DNA of 40,635 bases from Tannerellaceae bacterium (GTDB lineage: Bacteria > Bacteroidota > Bacteroidia > Bacteroidales > Tannerellaceae): positions 1 through 40,635 of the forward strand of contig CAVJCD010000002.1 of NCBI GenBank assembly GCA_963648005.1, given 5' to 3'. The position numbers were made by a program, and so were the translations under genes. A model generated the notes under the pieces. That model was not told where the DNA came from. It saw only the letters and a list, made by a program, of their open reading frames with translations, and ran no database searches. Each line of letters starts with the position of its first letter. Position 1 is the first letter of the stretch. Positions 27,573 through 36,991 of the stretch are shown one piece after another.

Positions 27573-28919
27573 ATGATTGAACTAACGAAAGAATATATCG
27601 AGAAGTTGAAAAGTATCATCGTTGCCAAAGATGATGCCCAGGCGCAGGCTCTGCTTAATGATTTGTATCCGGCAGATATTGCCGAGCTATTCCAGGAGTT
27701 GGATTTGCAGGAGGCAATCTATCTCTATCTGTTGATGGACGGGGATAAGGCTGCCGACGTCTTGATGGAACTTGACGAGGAAGACCGTCACAAGTTGTTG
27801 AAAGAACTTCCAAACGAACTTATCGCCAAACGTCTGGTCGACAATATGGAGACTGACGATGCAGTGGATTTGATGCGTGAGTTTGATGAGGACACCCAGG
27901 AGGAGATACTTTCTCATATCGAAGATGTGGAGCAGGCGGGCGACATTGTTGACCTGTTGAAATATGATGAGGATACGGCCGGTGGTTTGATGGGTACCGA
28001 GATGATTGTGGTCAACGAGAATTGGAGTATGCCTCAATGTATCGAAGAAATGCGTAAGCAAGCGGAAGACATGGATGAAATCTACTATGTTTACGTGATT
28101 GATGATGATGAACGATTGAAGGGCGTTCTTCCTCTGCAGCGACTGATTACCAATCCATCAGTCTCGAAGATTAAACATGTCATGAAGAAAGACCCTATTG
28201 CCGTGCGCGATAGCGATAGTATCGAAGATGTGGCAGAGACGATTGGAAAGTACGACCTTGTGGCGTTGCCAGTAGTAGACAGTATCGGGCGTTTGGTTGG
28301 TCGCATTACAATTGATGACGTAATGGATGAGGTTCGCGAACAACACGAGCGTGACTACCAATTGGCTTCCGGTATTATGCAGGATGTAGAAACTTCGGAT
28401 AATGTTTTCATACAGACGGCAGCCCGCCTCCCTTGGCTTTTGATTGGTATGCTTGGCGGATTGGCCAATTCGGTTATCCTTGGAGGGTTTGAAAACAACC
28501 TAGCGGCGAACCCCAAGATGGCGCTGTTTATTCCCTTGATTGGTGGAACGGGAGGAAACGTTGGAATACAGTCGTCGGCTATTGTGGTGCAAGGCTTGGC
28601 AAACAATTCGCTGAAGCAGGAGAATATTGTTCCGCAGATATTAAAGGAAGGTCTCGTTTCGTTGATTAATGCCAGCATAATCAGTATAGTCGTATTTGTC
28701 TACAATTTCTTCATGTTGGGAGACAAGGGCATTACGGCATCCGTTTCCCTTAGTTTGTTCGCCGTCGTTATGTTCGCCAGTATTTTTGGTACACTTCTGC
28801 CCATGACGCTCAATCGTATGAAAATCGACCCTGCATTGGCAACTGGGCCATTCATTACCATCAGCAACGACATTATCGGCATGATGATATACATGTTTAT
28901 TGCCTCGGCCTTGACATGA
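27573..28919 (+). CDS. mgtE: Magnesium transporter
   Basis: Acidic N domain, CBS pair (TAGGLM, LPVVD), RLPWL, GTGGNVG and DPALATGPFIT..ND motifs. Confidence 0.95.
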   Translation: MIELTKEYIEKLKSIIVAKDDAQAQALLNDLYPADIAELFQELDLQEAIYLYLLMDGDKAADVLMELDEEDRHKLLKELPNELIAKRLVDNMETDDAVDLMREFDEDTQEEILSHIEDVEQAGDIVDLLKYDEDTAGGLMGTEMIVVNENWSMPQCIEEMRKQAEDMDEIYYVYVIDDDERLKGVLPLQRLITNPSVSKIKHVMKKDPIAVRDSDSIEDVAETIGKYDLVALPVVDSIGRLVGRITIDDVMDEVREQHERDYQLASGIMQDVETSDNVFIQTAARLPWLLIGMLGGLANSVILGGFENNLAANPKMALFIPLIGGTGGNVGIQSSAIVVQGLANNSLKQENIVPQILKEGLVSLINASIISIVVFVYNFFMLGDKGITASVSLSLFAVVMFASIFGTLLPMTLNRMKIDPALATGPFITISNDIIGMMIYMFIASALT

Positions 28920-28969
28920 GGAAACGAGAAAGAAATGTGATTGTTTTTTAAGAGTTAAGAGGAAAACAC

Positions 28970-28977
28970 TACTTTTG
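28970..28977 (+). promoter_or_regulatory. Bacteroidetes -7 promoter element for efp
   Basis: TACTTTTG. Confidence 0.6.
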
Positions 28978-29011
28978 CGGTCGAGAAAACATTTTAAAAA
29001 CAGATAATTCT

Positions 29012-29575
29012 ATGATTAATTCACAAGACATCAAAAAAGGCACCTGCATTCGTTTGGATGGCAAACTTTATTTCTGTGTTGACTTTCTCCATGTGAAACC
29101 GGGAAAGGGAAACACGATTATGCGTACAACCCTGAAGGACGTAGTTAAGGGAGGGCAGATTGAACGCCGTTTCAACATCGGTGAAAAGTTGGAAGACGTA
29201 CGTGTAGAACGTCGTCCGTACCAGTACACTTACGCAGAGGGAGAACACTACCATTTCATGAATCAGGAAACATTCGATGATGTAATAATAGACAAGGACT
29301 TGATTAATGGTGTGGATTTCATGGTTGAGGGACAGATTGTAGAAGTTGTTTCCGATGCCTCAACCGACACGGTTCTCTTCGCAGATATGCCAACCAAGGT
29401 GCAATTGAAGGTTACCTATACGGAACCGGGTATCAAAGGTGATACGGCTACAAACACATTGAAGCCGGCTACCGTTGAGTCTGGTGCAGAAGTGCGCGTT
29501 CCGTTGTTTATCGAAGAAGGAGAGACAATCGAAATTAATACGACAGACGGCTCATACGTAGGACGTATCCGTTAA
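29012..29575 (+). CDS. efp: Elongation factor P
   Basis: HVKPGKG loop, PGIKGDTA and VPLFI motifs. Confidence 0.97.
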   Translation: MINSQDIKKGTCIRLDGKLYFCVDFLHVKPGKGNTIMRTTLKDVVKGGQIERRFNIGEKLEDVRVERRPYQYTYAEGEHYHFMNQETFDDVIIDKDLINGVDFMVEGQIVEVVSDASTDTVLFADMPTKVQLKVTYTEPGIKGDTATNTLKPATVESGAEVRVPLFIEEGETIEINTTDGSYVGRIR

Positions 29576-29589
29576 CGTGCGGTCGGGAG

Positions 29590-29907
29590 ATGGACAACGA
29601 ATTTCTCCAAATAGAAGAAGCGATTGTTGCCATGCTGAAAACAGTGTACGACCCGGAGATACCGGTCAACGTATACGACCTCGGCTTGATATATAAAGTG
29701 GACGTGGACAATGAAGGAAACGTCTGTATAGATATGTCACTGACTGCCCCGAACTGTCCTGCAGCCGATTTTATTTTGGAAGATGTCCGCATGAAGGTGG
29801 TGTCGATAGAAGGAGTGAAAAACGTGGAAGTAAACCTTGTATTCGAACCTGAGTGGAACAAAGACATGATGTCGGAAGAGGCAAAACTGGAACTCGGTTT
29901 CTTATGA
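29590..29907 (+). CDS. DUF59/SufT-like Fe-S assembly protein
   Basis: VYDPEI...DLGLIY...LTAPNCP...W motif. Confidence 0.9.
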   Translation: MDNEFLQIEEAIVAMLKTVYDPEIPVNVYDLGLIYKVDVDNEGNVCIDMSLTAPNCPAADFILEDVRMKVVSIEGVKNVEVNLVFEPEWNKDMMSEEAKLELGFL

Positions 29908-30677
29908 ATTCATTGCGGAATAAAATATTCTTTGTGTCGGACGCCCATTTGGGCGCCCGATTTCATAATGACTCGCTTGCAATTGAAAAGAAACTGGTGC
30001 GCTGGATGGACAGTGTCAAGGGCAAGGCTAAAGCAATCTATTTTTTAGGGGATATGTTCGATTATTGGTACGAATACAAATATGTCGTACCAAAAGGCTT
30101 CACGCGTTTCCTTGGCAAGATGGCTGAGTTGTCGGACAGCGGCGTGGAAATCCATATTTTTATTGGCAACCACGATGTTTGGATGTTTGATTATTTGCCC
30201 CGGGAGGTTGGCGCAGTTGTTCATCGCGATGTGTTGGAGGTTGACTTGCTTGGAAAGCGTTTCTTCCTTGGTCATGGCGACGAGGTGGATTTTCGCAGCA
30301 AGTCGTTCCGCTTTATCAGAGCATTGTTCCGCAACAAATTCTGTCAACGCTTGTACGCAGGGATACATCCCAGATGGAGTTTCGCATTTGCGTTGGGTTG
30401 GTCGCTAAACAGTAGGAAAAAGGGATTGGAATATCAGAAAAGAATCCCAACAAGCAGACGTGGTGGATACCTGATAGCCTTTGCAAAAAAATATCTGAAA
30501 ACGCATCCAGATATTAATTTCTTTATTTTTGGTCACATCCATAGGATGCTTGATGTGACACTTTCCGAGACATCCCGTTTGTTGGTGACGGGCGATTGGA
30601 TGAACCTGTTCTCGTATATAGTATGGGATGGGGAAAACCTCACTCTCGAAAAGTTCGAAGCGGGTTCTCCCCAATAG
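29904..30677 (+). CDS. LpxH-like UDP-2,3-diacylglucosamine diphosphatase (metallophosphoesterase)
   Basis: SDAHLG, LGDMFD, GNHD, HGD and GHIH motifs. ATG29904 overlaps the upstream stop (ATGA). Confidence 0.88.
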   Translation: MNSLRNKIFFVSDAHLGARFHNDSLAIEKKLVRWMDSVKGKAKAIYFLGDMFDYWYEYKYVVPKGFTRFLGKMAELSDSGVEIHIFIGNHDVWMFDYLPREVGAVVHRDVLEVDLLGKRFFLGHGDEVDFRSKSFRFIRALFRNKFCQRLYAGIHPRWSFAFALGWSLNSRKKGLEYQKRIPTSRRGGYLIAFAKKYLKTHPDINFFIFGHIHRMLDVTLSETSRLLVTGDWMNLFSYIVWDGENLTLEKFEAGSPQ

Positions 30678-30679
30678 TT

Positions 30680-31879
30680 TTACTTCCCTAAGATATCCAT
30701 CGTATCCGAAGCAATCATATACTCTTCGTCGGTTGGCACAACCATGATTGTGACCTTGCTGTCGGGAGCACTGATTACCATTTCTTTTCCGCGCATACCT
30801 TCGTTCTTCTGCGCATCAATCTTCATGCCCATGTATTCCATGTTTTCGCAGACGATACGGCGTGTGGACCATTGGTTCTCGCCAACGCCGCCTGTCCAAA
30901 CCAGTATATCGCAACCGCCCATGGCTGCAGTGTAGGCACCGATGTATTTTTTGATGCGATAGTTGTAGACTTCCAATGCCATAGCGGAGCGTTTGTTGCC
31001 TTCGGAGATGGCTTTCTCGAGGTCTCGCATGTCGGAAGAGACTCCGGAAAGACCCATAACACCGCTTTGTTTGTTGATTAGGTTAGACAACCCCTTTGCA
31101 TCCAAGTTCTCCTTGTCCATAATGAACGAGAGAGCGCCGGCATCAACGTCACCGCAGCGGGTACCCATCAACAATCCTTCAACCGGGGTGAGTCCCATGG
31201 ATGTATCCACGCATTTTCCAAAGTTTATGGCAGCAATAGAACCACCGTTACCAATGTGAGCCGTAATAATTCTCTGCTTGTTGTAATCCACACCAAGAAT
31301 CTCACAAGCGCGGTGCGACACATAACGATGGCTGGTTCCGTGGAAGCCATAGCGGCGCACACCATATTTTGTGTACAGTTCATAGGGTAGACCATACATG
31401 TAAGCTTTTTCGGGCATTGTCTGATGGAAGGCTGTATCGAACACACCTACTTGCGGGATATTCGGAATCAAGGCTTCCATTGCCGTAATACCTTTCAGAT
31501 TTGCCGGGTTGTGCAGCGGAGCAAGGTCCGAGCATTCCACGATTTTGTCCATAACTTCTTTTGTCAGCAGCACGCTGGAGGCAAACTTCTCTCCTCCGTG
31601 CACTACGCGATGACCAACGGCATCGATTTCGCTATACGACTTGATGCAACCGTAGGTTTTGTCCGTCAAGGCACTTAGGATAAACCCTATACCATCCTGA
31701 TGGTCGGGAATGTCTTTTTCAAGAACAACTTTCTCGCCGTTCGAGGCCGTGAACTTTAGGAAAGCGCCGGGCAAACCGATTTTCTCGATGCCACCCTGTG
31801 CCAACACATTGCCGGAGGTCATGTCGAACAACTTATATTTGATGGAACTGCTACCGCAGTTCAAAACCAATACTTTCAT
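30680..31879 (-). CDS. ackA: Acetate kinase
   Basis: LNCGSSSIK, GHRVVHGG, APLHN, FDTAFH, YGFHGTSH and PTDEE motifs. Confidence 0.98.
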   Translation of the reverse strand: MKVLVLNCGSSSIKYKLFDMTSGNVLAQGGIEKIGLPGAFLKFTASNGEKVVLEKDIPDHQDGIGFILSALTDKTYGCIKSYSEIDAVGHRVVHGGEKFASSVLLTKEVMDKIVECSDLAPLHNPANLKGITAMEALIPNIPQVGVFDTAFHQTMPEKAYMYGLPYELYTKYGVRRYGFHGTSHRYVSHRACEILGVDYNKQRIITAHIGNGGSIAAINFGKCVDTSMGLTPVEGLLMGTRCGDVDAGALSFIMDKENLDAKGLSNLINKQSGVMGLSGVSSDMRDLEKAISEGNKRSAMALEVYNYRIKKYIGAYTAAMGGCDILVWTGGVGENQWSTRRIVCENMEYMGMKIDAQKNEGMRGKEMVISAPDSKVTIMVVPTDEEYMIASDTMDILGK

Positions 31880-31897
31880 GATTCAAATTTTTATGGA

Positions 31898-32914
31898 TTA
31901 TTTCTTTGCAGCCTTCAAACCGATGGACTGATTGCAAGCAATAGCCACCATTTTATATACATCGTCTACCGAGCAACCGCGTGAGAGGTCGTTGACCGGA
32001 GCAGCCATTCCCTGAAGAATCGGTCCTACTGCTTCGGCATCACCCAGGCGTTGTACCAGTTTGTATGCAATGTTGCCTACTTCCAGAGTCGGGAATACCA
32101 ATACGTTGGCTTTGCCTGCCACTTCGCTGCCCGGAGCTTTCAGCGAAGCCACCTTCTCAACCAATGCGGCATCGGCCTGCAGCTCGCCGTCTATCTTCAA
32201 TTCGGGCGCCGTCTCTTTTGCCAAGCGGGTTGCTTCAACAACCTTGTCCACCATCTCGTGCGAAGCACTGCCCTTTGTGGAGAAGCTAAGCATTGCTACG
32301 TGCGGCTCCACGTCAACGAGGTTGCGTGCTGTGGCGGCAGTGGCAATGGCAATACTTGCCAGTTCGGATGCATTCGGATTAGGCATAACGGCGCAATCGG
32401 CAAATACCATGATACCATTTTTGCCGTATTCCGGTTTCTTTGTGAACATAAGGAACGCACCGGATACGCAATTCATGCCCGGAGCAGTCTTGATAATCTG
32501 CAGAGCGGGGCGAAGCACGTTACCCGTTGTGTTTTGTGCTCCCGCAATCTCGCCATCGGCATCACCCGACTTAATCATCAAGCAAGCGAGATACAAAGGG
32601 TCTTCCACCAATACGGCAGCCTTCTCCGGAGTCATTCCCTTCTTTTCGCGCAGGTGGAAAAGCAAGTCGGCGTAGTCTGCTTTCTTTACGTGGCTCTTGG
32701 GGTCTACAATAGTTGCTTGCCCGATGTGAGTTAGGTTGTGAGTGGCTGCCAAAGAGGAGATTTCTGACGGATTCCCAATCAGAATAATGTCGGCAACTTT
32801 GTCCGCCAACAGACGGTCGGCGGCTTTCAACGTTCTTTCTTCAGTTCCTTCAGGAAGAACTATGCGCTGCTTGTTAGCTTTAGCGCGTGCAATGATTTCT
32901 TGCATTAAATCCAT
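31898..32914 (-). CDS. pta: Phosphate acetyltransferase
   Basis: IVLPEG, FADCA, SFSTKGS, DGELQADAA, GNIAYK and DLSRG motifs. ATG at 32914. Confidence 0.97.
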   Translation of the reverse strand: MDLMQEIIARAKANKQRIVLPEGTEERTLKAADRLLADKVADIILIGNPSEISSLAATHNLTHIGQATIVDPKSHVKKADYADLLFHLREKKGMTPEKAAVLVEDPLYLACLMIKSGDADGEIAGAQNTTGNVLRPALQIIKTAPGMNCVSGAFLMFTKKPEYGKNGIMVFADCAVMPNPNASELASIAIATAATARNLVDVEPHVAMLSFSTKGSASHEMVDKVVEATRLAKETAPELKIDGELQADAALVEKVASLKAPGSEVAGKANVLVFPTLEVGNIAYKLVQRLGDAEAVGPILQGMAAPVNDLSRGCSVDDVYKMVAIACNQSIGLKAAKK

Positions 32915-32959
32915 AGTGGAAAATATTTTATGAGATTTGTAAATGCTACTTTCAAGACG

Positions 32960-32967
32960 CAAAAGTA
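32960..32967 (-). promoter_or_regulatory. Bacteroidetes -7 promoter element for pta-ackA
   Basis: The minus strand reads TACTTTTG. Confidence 0.6.
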
Positions 32968-33038
32968 GGCAAAACTGCCATACCGAGTTTGCAAAAAACC
33001 AAAAAGATTTATGGCGGAGGTTGCGCGCCCCGGAAGAT

Positions 33039-33824
33039 TTAACAGTAGTTTACCACTTCCCGTTCGCCGGAGAGGATTTGTTGCAGGTTTTCTGCTGAGA
33101 CATTGATTTCCAATTTGCCGTTTTGAGCCACGGATATCTCACCACGTTCCTCGGAGACAACGATAATCAGCGCATCTGTTTCGAACGACATTCCGAGGGC
33201 CGAACGGTGGCGAAGTCCGAGGTCTTTTGGCAGGGCAACATTTCGTGCCACGGGGAGGATGCAGCCTGCGGCGCGGATTTTTCCGCCTGCAATAATCATT
33301 GCTCCATCGTGAAGCGGACTGTTCTTAAAGAAAATGTTCTCTATCAGCCGGGCATTTACGTCGGCGTTAAACATTTCGCCTGTGTGCTCAAAGGCTGTCA
33401 AATCCACTTCTTGCTGCACGGCAATCAGAGCGCCGGTATATTTGCGTGCCATATTCATGCAAGCCAGTACAGTTGGAGCGATGAATTTCCCTTTGTCCTC
33501 GCCTTCGGCAGTCTTGCTCGAGAAGAGGTGGCTGAGAAATTTCCATCCCCGGTGAGAGCCGAGCACCATAAGGAAACGCCGGATATCGTCTTGGAACAAG
33601 ATTACCAGCACAACAACGCCAACGCTTATGCATTTGTCGAGGATGGCCCCCATGAGTCGCATTTCCAGTACCTGCGAGATGAGAATCCATACGATAACAA
33701 ATGAAATAATTCCGCTGAAGATGGCCATGGTGCCGGAACTCTTCATCAGTTTGTAGGTCTGATAGAGAAAATAGGCGACGAGGAGTACGTCAATCAAATC
33801 TTTTATGCCAAAGTGCATCCACAT
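33039..33824 (-). CDS. cdaA: Diadenylate cyclase, CdaA/DacA type
   Basis: Three N-terminal TM segments and DAC motifs PLHDGA, GLRHR and VSEE. Confidence 0.93.
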   Translation of the reverse strand: MWMHFGIKDLIDVLLVAYFLYQTYKLMKSSGTMAIFSGIISFVIVWILISQVLEMRLMGAILDKCISVGVVVLVILFQDDIRRFLMVLGSHRGWKFLSHLFSSKTAEGEDKGKFIAPTVLACMNMARKYTGALIAVQQEVDLTAFEHTGEMFNADVNARLIENIFFKNSPLHDGAMIIAGGKIRAAGCILPVARNVALPKDLGLRHRSALGMSFETDALIIVVSEERGEISVAQNGKLEINVSAENLQQILSGEREVVNYC

Positions 33825-33828
33825 ATTA

Positions 33829-34665
33829 TTATTTGCGAATTTCGGTTACTATCTTGATGGCCTCGACGGCTGCTTTTACATCGTGAACACGGAGAAGGTC
33901 CGTACCGTTGAGCAGGGCGTAGGTGTTCAACACCGTCGTGCCGTTGAGGCTCTCCCCGGGCGTAGTGTCAAGGAGTTTATGAATCATGCTCTTTCGGGAG
34001 ATGCCCACCAGGAGAGGAAGACCAAAGGAATCGAACTCCCACAGATTTTTCATCAGCTCGTAGTTCTGTCGGAGTGTCTTGCCGAACCCGAAGCCCGGGT
34101 CGATTATGATGTCGCATACCCCCATCTCGCGCAGCGTGCTCACTTTCCCGGCAAAATACTTCATAATTTCCTCCATCATGTCCCCATAGTCTGTACAGCT
34201 TTGCATTGTTTGGGGCGTTCCGCGCATGTGCATGAGAACGTATGGCACGTGGAGTTTGGCCACGGTGGTGAACATTTCCGCATCCAATTCTCCTCCGGAG
34301 ATATCGTTGATGATGGCGGCTCCGTAGTCTTCCACACACCGACGTGCGATATTGGCGCGGAAGGTATCAACCGAGACTGCCACATCGGGATAATGCGCTT
34401 TCAGTATCCCAAGGGCTGTGGCAAGACGCCTCATCTCCTCTTCCTCCGACACATCCTCTGCATCGGGGCGCGAAGAGTAACCACCCACGTCTATAATTCC
34501 TGCTCCCTCCTCAATGATGGTCTCGATACGTTCCGTTATGGCTGCTTCGGACTGTTTCCGGCTGTCGTCATAGAAGGAATCGGGAGTGACATTCAAGATT
34601 CCCATCACCACGGGTGTGTGGAGCGAAAATAACGTCCCTTTTATGTTGAGCGATTTGCACATCAT
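33829..34665 (-). CDS. folP: Dihydropteroate synthase
   Basis: MGILNVTPDSF, SSRP, DPGFGFGK, SRKS and RVHDV motifs. Confidence 0.97.
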   Translation of the reverse strand: MMCKSLNIKGTLFSLHTPVVMGILNVTPDSFYDDSRKQSEAAITERIETIIEEGAGIIDVGGYSSRPDAEDVSEEEEMRRLATALGILKAHYPDVAVSVDTFRANIARRCVEDYGAAIINDISGGELDAEMFTTVAKLHVPYVLMHMRGTPQTMQSCTDYGDMMEEIMKYFAGKVSTLREMGVCDIIIDPGFGFGKTLRQNYELMKNLWEFDSFGLPLLVGISRKSMIHKLLDTTPGESLNGTTVLNTYALLNGTDLLRVHDVKAAVEAIKIVTEIRK

Positions 34666-34685
34666 CCTGTTTCTTTACCCTCGGG

Positions 34686-34722
34686 CAAAGGTACACCATT
34701 CTTCATAGAATTACTACTTTTG
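34686..34722. promoter_or_regulatory. Divergent promoters for folP (-) and murF (+)
   Basis: TACCTTTG on - (34686-34693) and TACTTTTG on + (34715-34722). Confidence 0.6.
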
Positions 34723-34750
34723 CCCCCACTAACAACAAACCGTAGAACAC

Positions 34751-36037
34751 ATGGAAATATCAGAACTATACGGACTCTTTGTCCGCCATCCGCAGATAAC
34801 TACCGACAGCCGCAATTGCCCTTCCGGCTCCATTTTCTTTGCCTTGAAAGGCGAACGTTTTGATGGAAACCGGTATGCGGAAGCAGCGCTCAAGGCGGGG
34901 TGCGCGTACGCCGTTGTGGATAACCCCGAGTGTGTCTCGGGGGAGCGTACCATTCTTGTTGACGATACACTGAAAACCCTCCAACAGCTTGCACACCGTC
35001 ACCGCAAGATGCTCGGTATACCTGTCATTGCCATCACAGGTACAAACGGGAAGACAACTACCAAGGAACTCCTTGCCGCTGTTCTCTCCACCAAATACCG
35101 CACCCTTTATACTGAAGGAAACTTGAACAATCATATCGGTGTTCCGCTGACCTTGCTCCGTCTTACGCGTGACCATGAGATGGCCGTCGTAGAAATGGGT
35201 GCAAGCCACCCCGGAGACATTCGCGAGCTGGTGGAGATTGCATCACCCGACTATGGCATCATCACCAATGTGGGCCGTGCTCACCTGGAGGGCTTTGGCT
35301 CGTTTGAGGGCGTGGTAAAGACCAAAGGCGAACTCTATGATTATCTCCGCCACAATCGCGGTAAGATTTTTATCAACAGAGAAGACAAAACGCTGCAATC
35401 CATAGCCGGAGGGATAGAGCAGATAACCTATGGCACGGACGAGGATGAGGATTTTGCCTCGGGGCATGTTGAGAGCTGCGACCCGTTCCTTACCTTCGAT
35501 TGGAAACAGCAGGGTAAGATTCACACCGTAGAAACACATCTTATAGGGGCATACAACCTGAGCAACGCTCTTGCGGCTGTTGCCGTGGGGCGCTATTTCA
35601 AGATACCGGCTGAGCGCATCAGCCGTGCCATTGCTGCTTATCAGCCCACCAACAACCGCTCGCAGCTGAAAGAGACGGAGCACAATACATTATTTATTGA
35701 TGCCTACAATGCCAATCCCAGCAGCATGAAGGTTGCGATAGAGAATTTTGCTGCCACCACGGCTTCGCCCAAGGCTGTCATCCTGGGCGACATGCGCGAA
35801 CTTGGCGAGGACAGCGACAAACTCCACGCTGAGGTGGTTAACATGCTGCGGGATGCTCATTTCGACCGCATACTTCTCTGCGGCGAGCATTTCCAAAGAG
35901 TAGGAGAGGGCTTCGCTACATTTGCAACGACGGACGACCTGCTCGCTTCTCTCCAAAGCCAGCCCATCATAGGTTTCCATATCCTCATCAAAGGTTCACA
36001 CGGTATGGCGCTCGAAAGAGCTGTGCCTCTGCTGTAG
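34751..36037 (+). CDS. murF: UDP-MurNAc-tripeptide--D-Ala-D-Ala ligase
   Basis: TDSR, ITGTNGKTTTKE, NLNNHIGVP, DAYNANPSSM, LGDMRELG and KGS motifs. Confidence 0.96.
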   Translation: MEISELYGLFVRHPQITTDSRNCPSGSIFFALKGERFDGNRYAEAALKAGCAYAVVDNPECVSGERTILVDDTLKTLQQLAHRHRKMLGIPVIAITGTNGKTTTKELLAAVLSTKYRTLYTEGNLNNHIGVPLTLLRLTRDHEMAVVEMGASHPGDIRELVEIASPDYGIITNVGRAHLEGFGSFEGVVKTKGELYDYLRHNRGKIFINREDKTLQSIAGGIEQITYGTDEDEDFASGHVESCDPFLTFDWKQQGKIHTVETHLIGAYNLSNALAAVAVGRYFKIPAERISRAIAAYQPTNNRSQLKETEHNTLFIDAYNANPSSMKVAIENFAATTASPKAVILGDMRELGEDSDKLHAEVVNMLRDAHFDRILLCGEHFQRVGEGFATFATTDDLLASLQSQPIIGFHILIKGSHGMALERAVPLL

Positions 36038-36080
36038 AAAACAGTGCAAGAGGCGTGCTCCGCCGCAAAGAGTCCGAAGT

Positions 36081-36256
36081 AAGTCTGCAGTAAGAGAATC
36101 CGCGAAATCTTTGTCTGAGAAAAGTCTGCAGCATGAGAATCTGAAGACTCTTTAACAAAACAAATTTTGCAGCATGAGAATCCGCAGAATCTTTAACAAA
36201 AAAAAGTCTGCAGCGTCTTTGCTCCCGAGACTCTCATACTGCAGACTTTTTTTTGT
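36081..36256. repeat. 41-bp-period tandem array (3 full units plus 1 partial) closed by an inverted copy
   Basis: Units start at 36081, 36122, 36163 and 36204 (consensus AAGTCTGCAGCATGAGAATC...TCTTTAACAAAA). Inverted copy at 36228-36256. Perfect 18-bp IR at 36196-36213 / 36239-36256. Confidence 0.9.
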
Positions 36257-36338
36257 ATCAGATCCCATCGGGATTTGAATGAAAAAGGCATGGGGGTAGG
36301 AAAAACCGCAAACTGCGTGGGGAAACAAAATATTGGTG

Positions 36339-36346
36339 TAATTTTG
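36339..36346 (+). promoter_or_regulatory. Bacteroidetes -7 promoter element for the XRE-cupin / ligase operon
   Basis: TAATTTTG. Confidence 0.55.
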
Positions 36347-36392
36347 TGGCGTTTAGTTACGAATTGAAAGAAATTTTGAAATAATAGTATCT

Positions 36393-36977
36393 ATGGGAAA
36401 CAATAAGATTATCGGAGCCAAGATTAAAAGTCTTCGCGAGTCGAAGCAACTATCCATCGAGGAGGTGGCCGAACGTTCCGGCCTCGGCAAAGAGCAGATT
36501 GAACGTATAGAGAATAACGTGGACTTTCCTTCATTGGCGCCGCTTATCAAGATAGCGCGTGTACTCGGTGTCCGTCTGGGCACTTTCCTCGACGACCAGT
36601 TGGAGCTCGGTCCGGTGATTTGCCGCGGAAAAGATTGTGGCGACAACAACAGTATAGGTTTCACCAACAACTCGATGGCAAACCGCAAGCATATGACCTA
36701 TCATTCTCTCTCGCAAGACAAGTCCGGCAGACATATGGAGCCGTTCCTCATCGAGGTAGCGCCGTCGGAAGAGGGTTCAAGCTTTGCACTCTCCACTCAC
36801 GAGGGCGAGGAATTTATCTATGTGTTGGCAGGTGTGGTTGAGATAAATTACGGAAAGAACACCTACATCCTGGAGGCGGGCGACAGCATCTATTACGATT
36901 CTATCGTTGCCCACCATGTGCATGCAGCAGAGGGCAGCACTGCCAAAATCCTCGGAGTTGTTTATACCCCATACTAA
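36393..36977 (+). CDS. XRE-family HTH regulator with C-terminal cupin domain
   Basis: [10 protein letters not shown]...EVAERSG...[10 protein letters not shown] (HTH); HEGEEFIYV...GDSIYYDS...H (cupin). Confidence 0.93.
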   Translation: MGNNKIIGAKIKSLRESKQLSIEEVAERSGLGKEQIERIENNVDFPSLAPLIKIARVLGVRLGTFLDDQLELGPVICRGKDCGDNNSIGFTNNSMANRKHMTYHSLSQDKSGRHMEPFLIEVAPSEEGSSFALSTHEGEEFIYVLAGVVEINYGKNTYILEAGDSIYYDSIVAHHVHAAEGSTAKILGVVYTPY

Positions 36978-36991
36978 ACCGTTCGAGACTT

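Noticed and set aside
36081..36256. CRISPR array
   Set aside because: The units are similar along their whole length with no unique spacers, and there are no cas genes.
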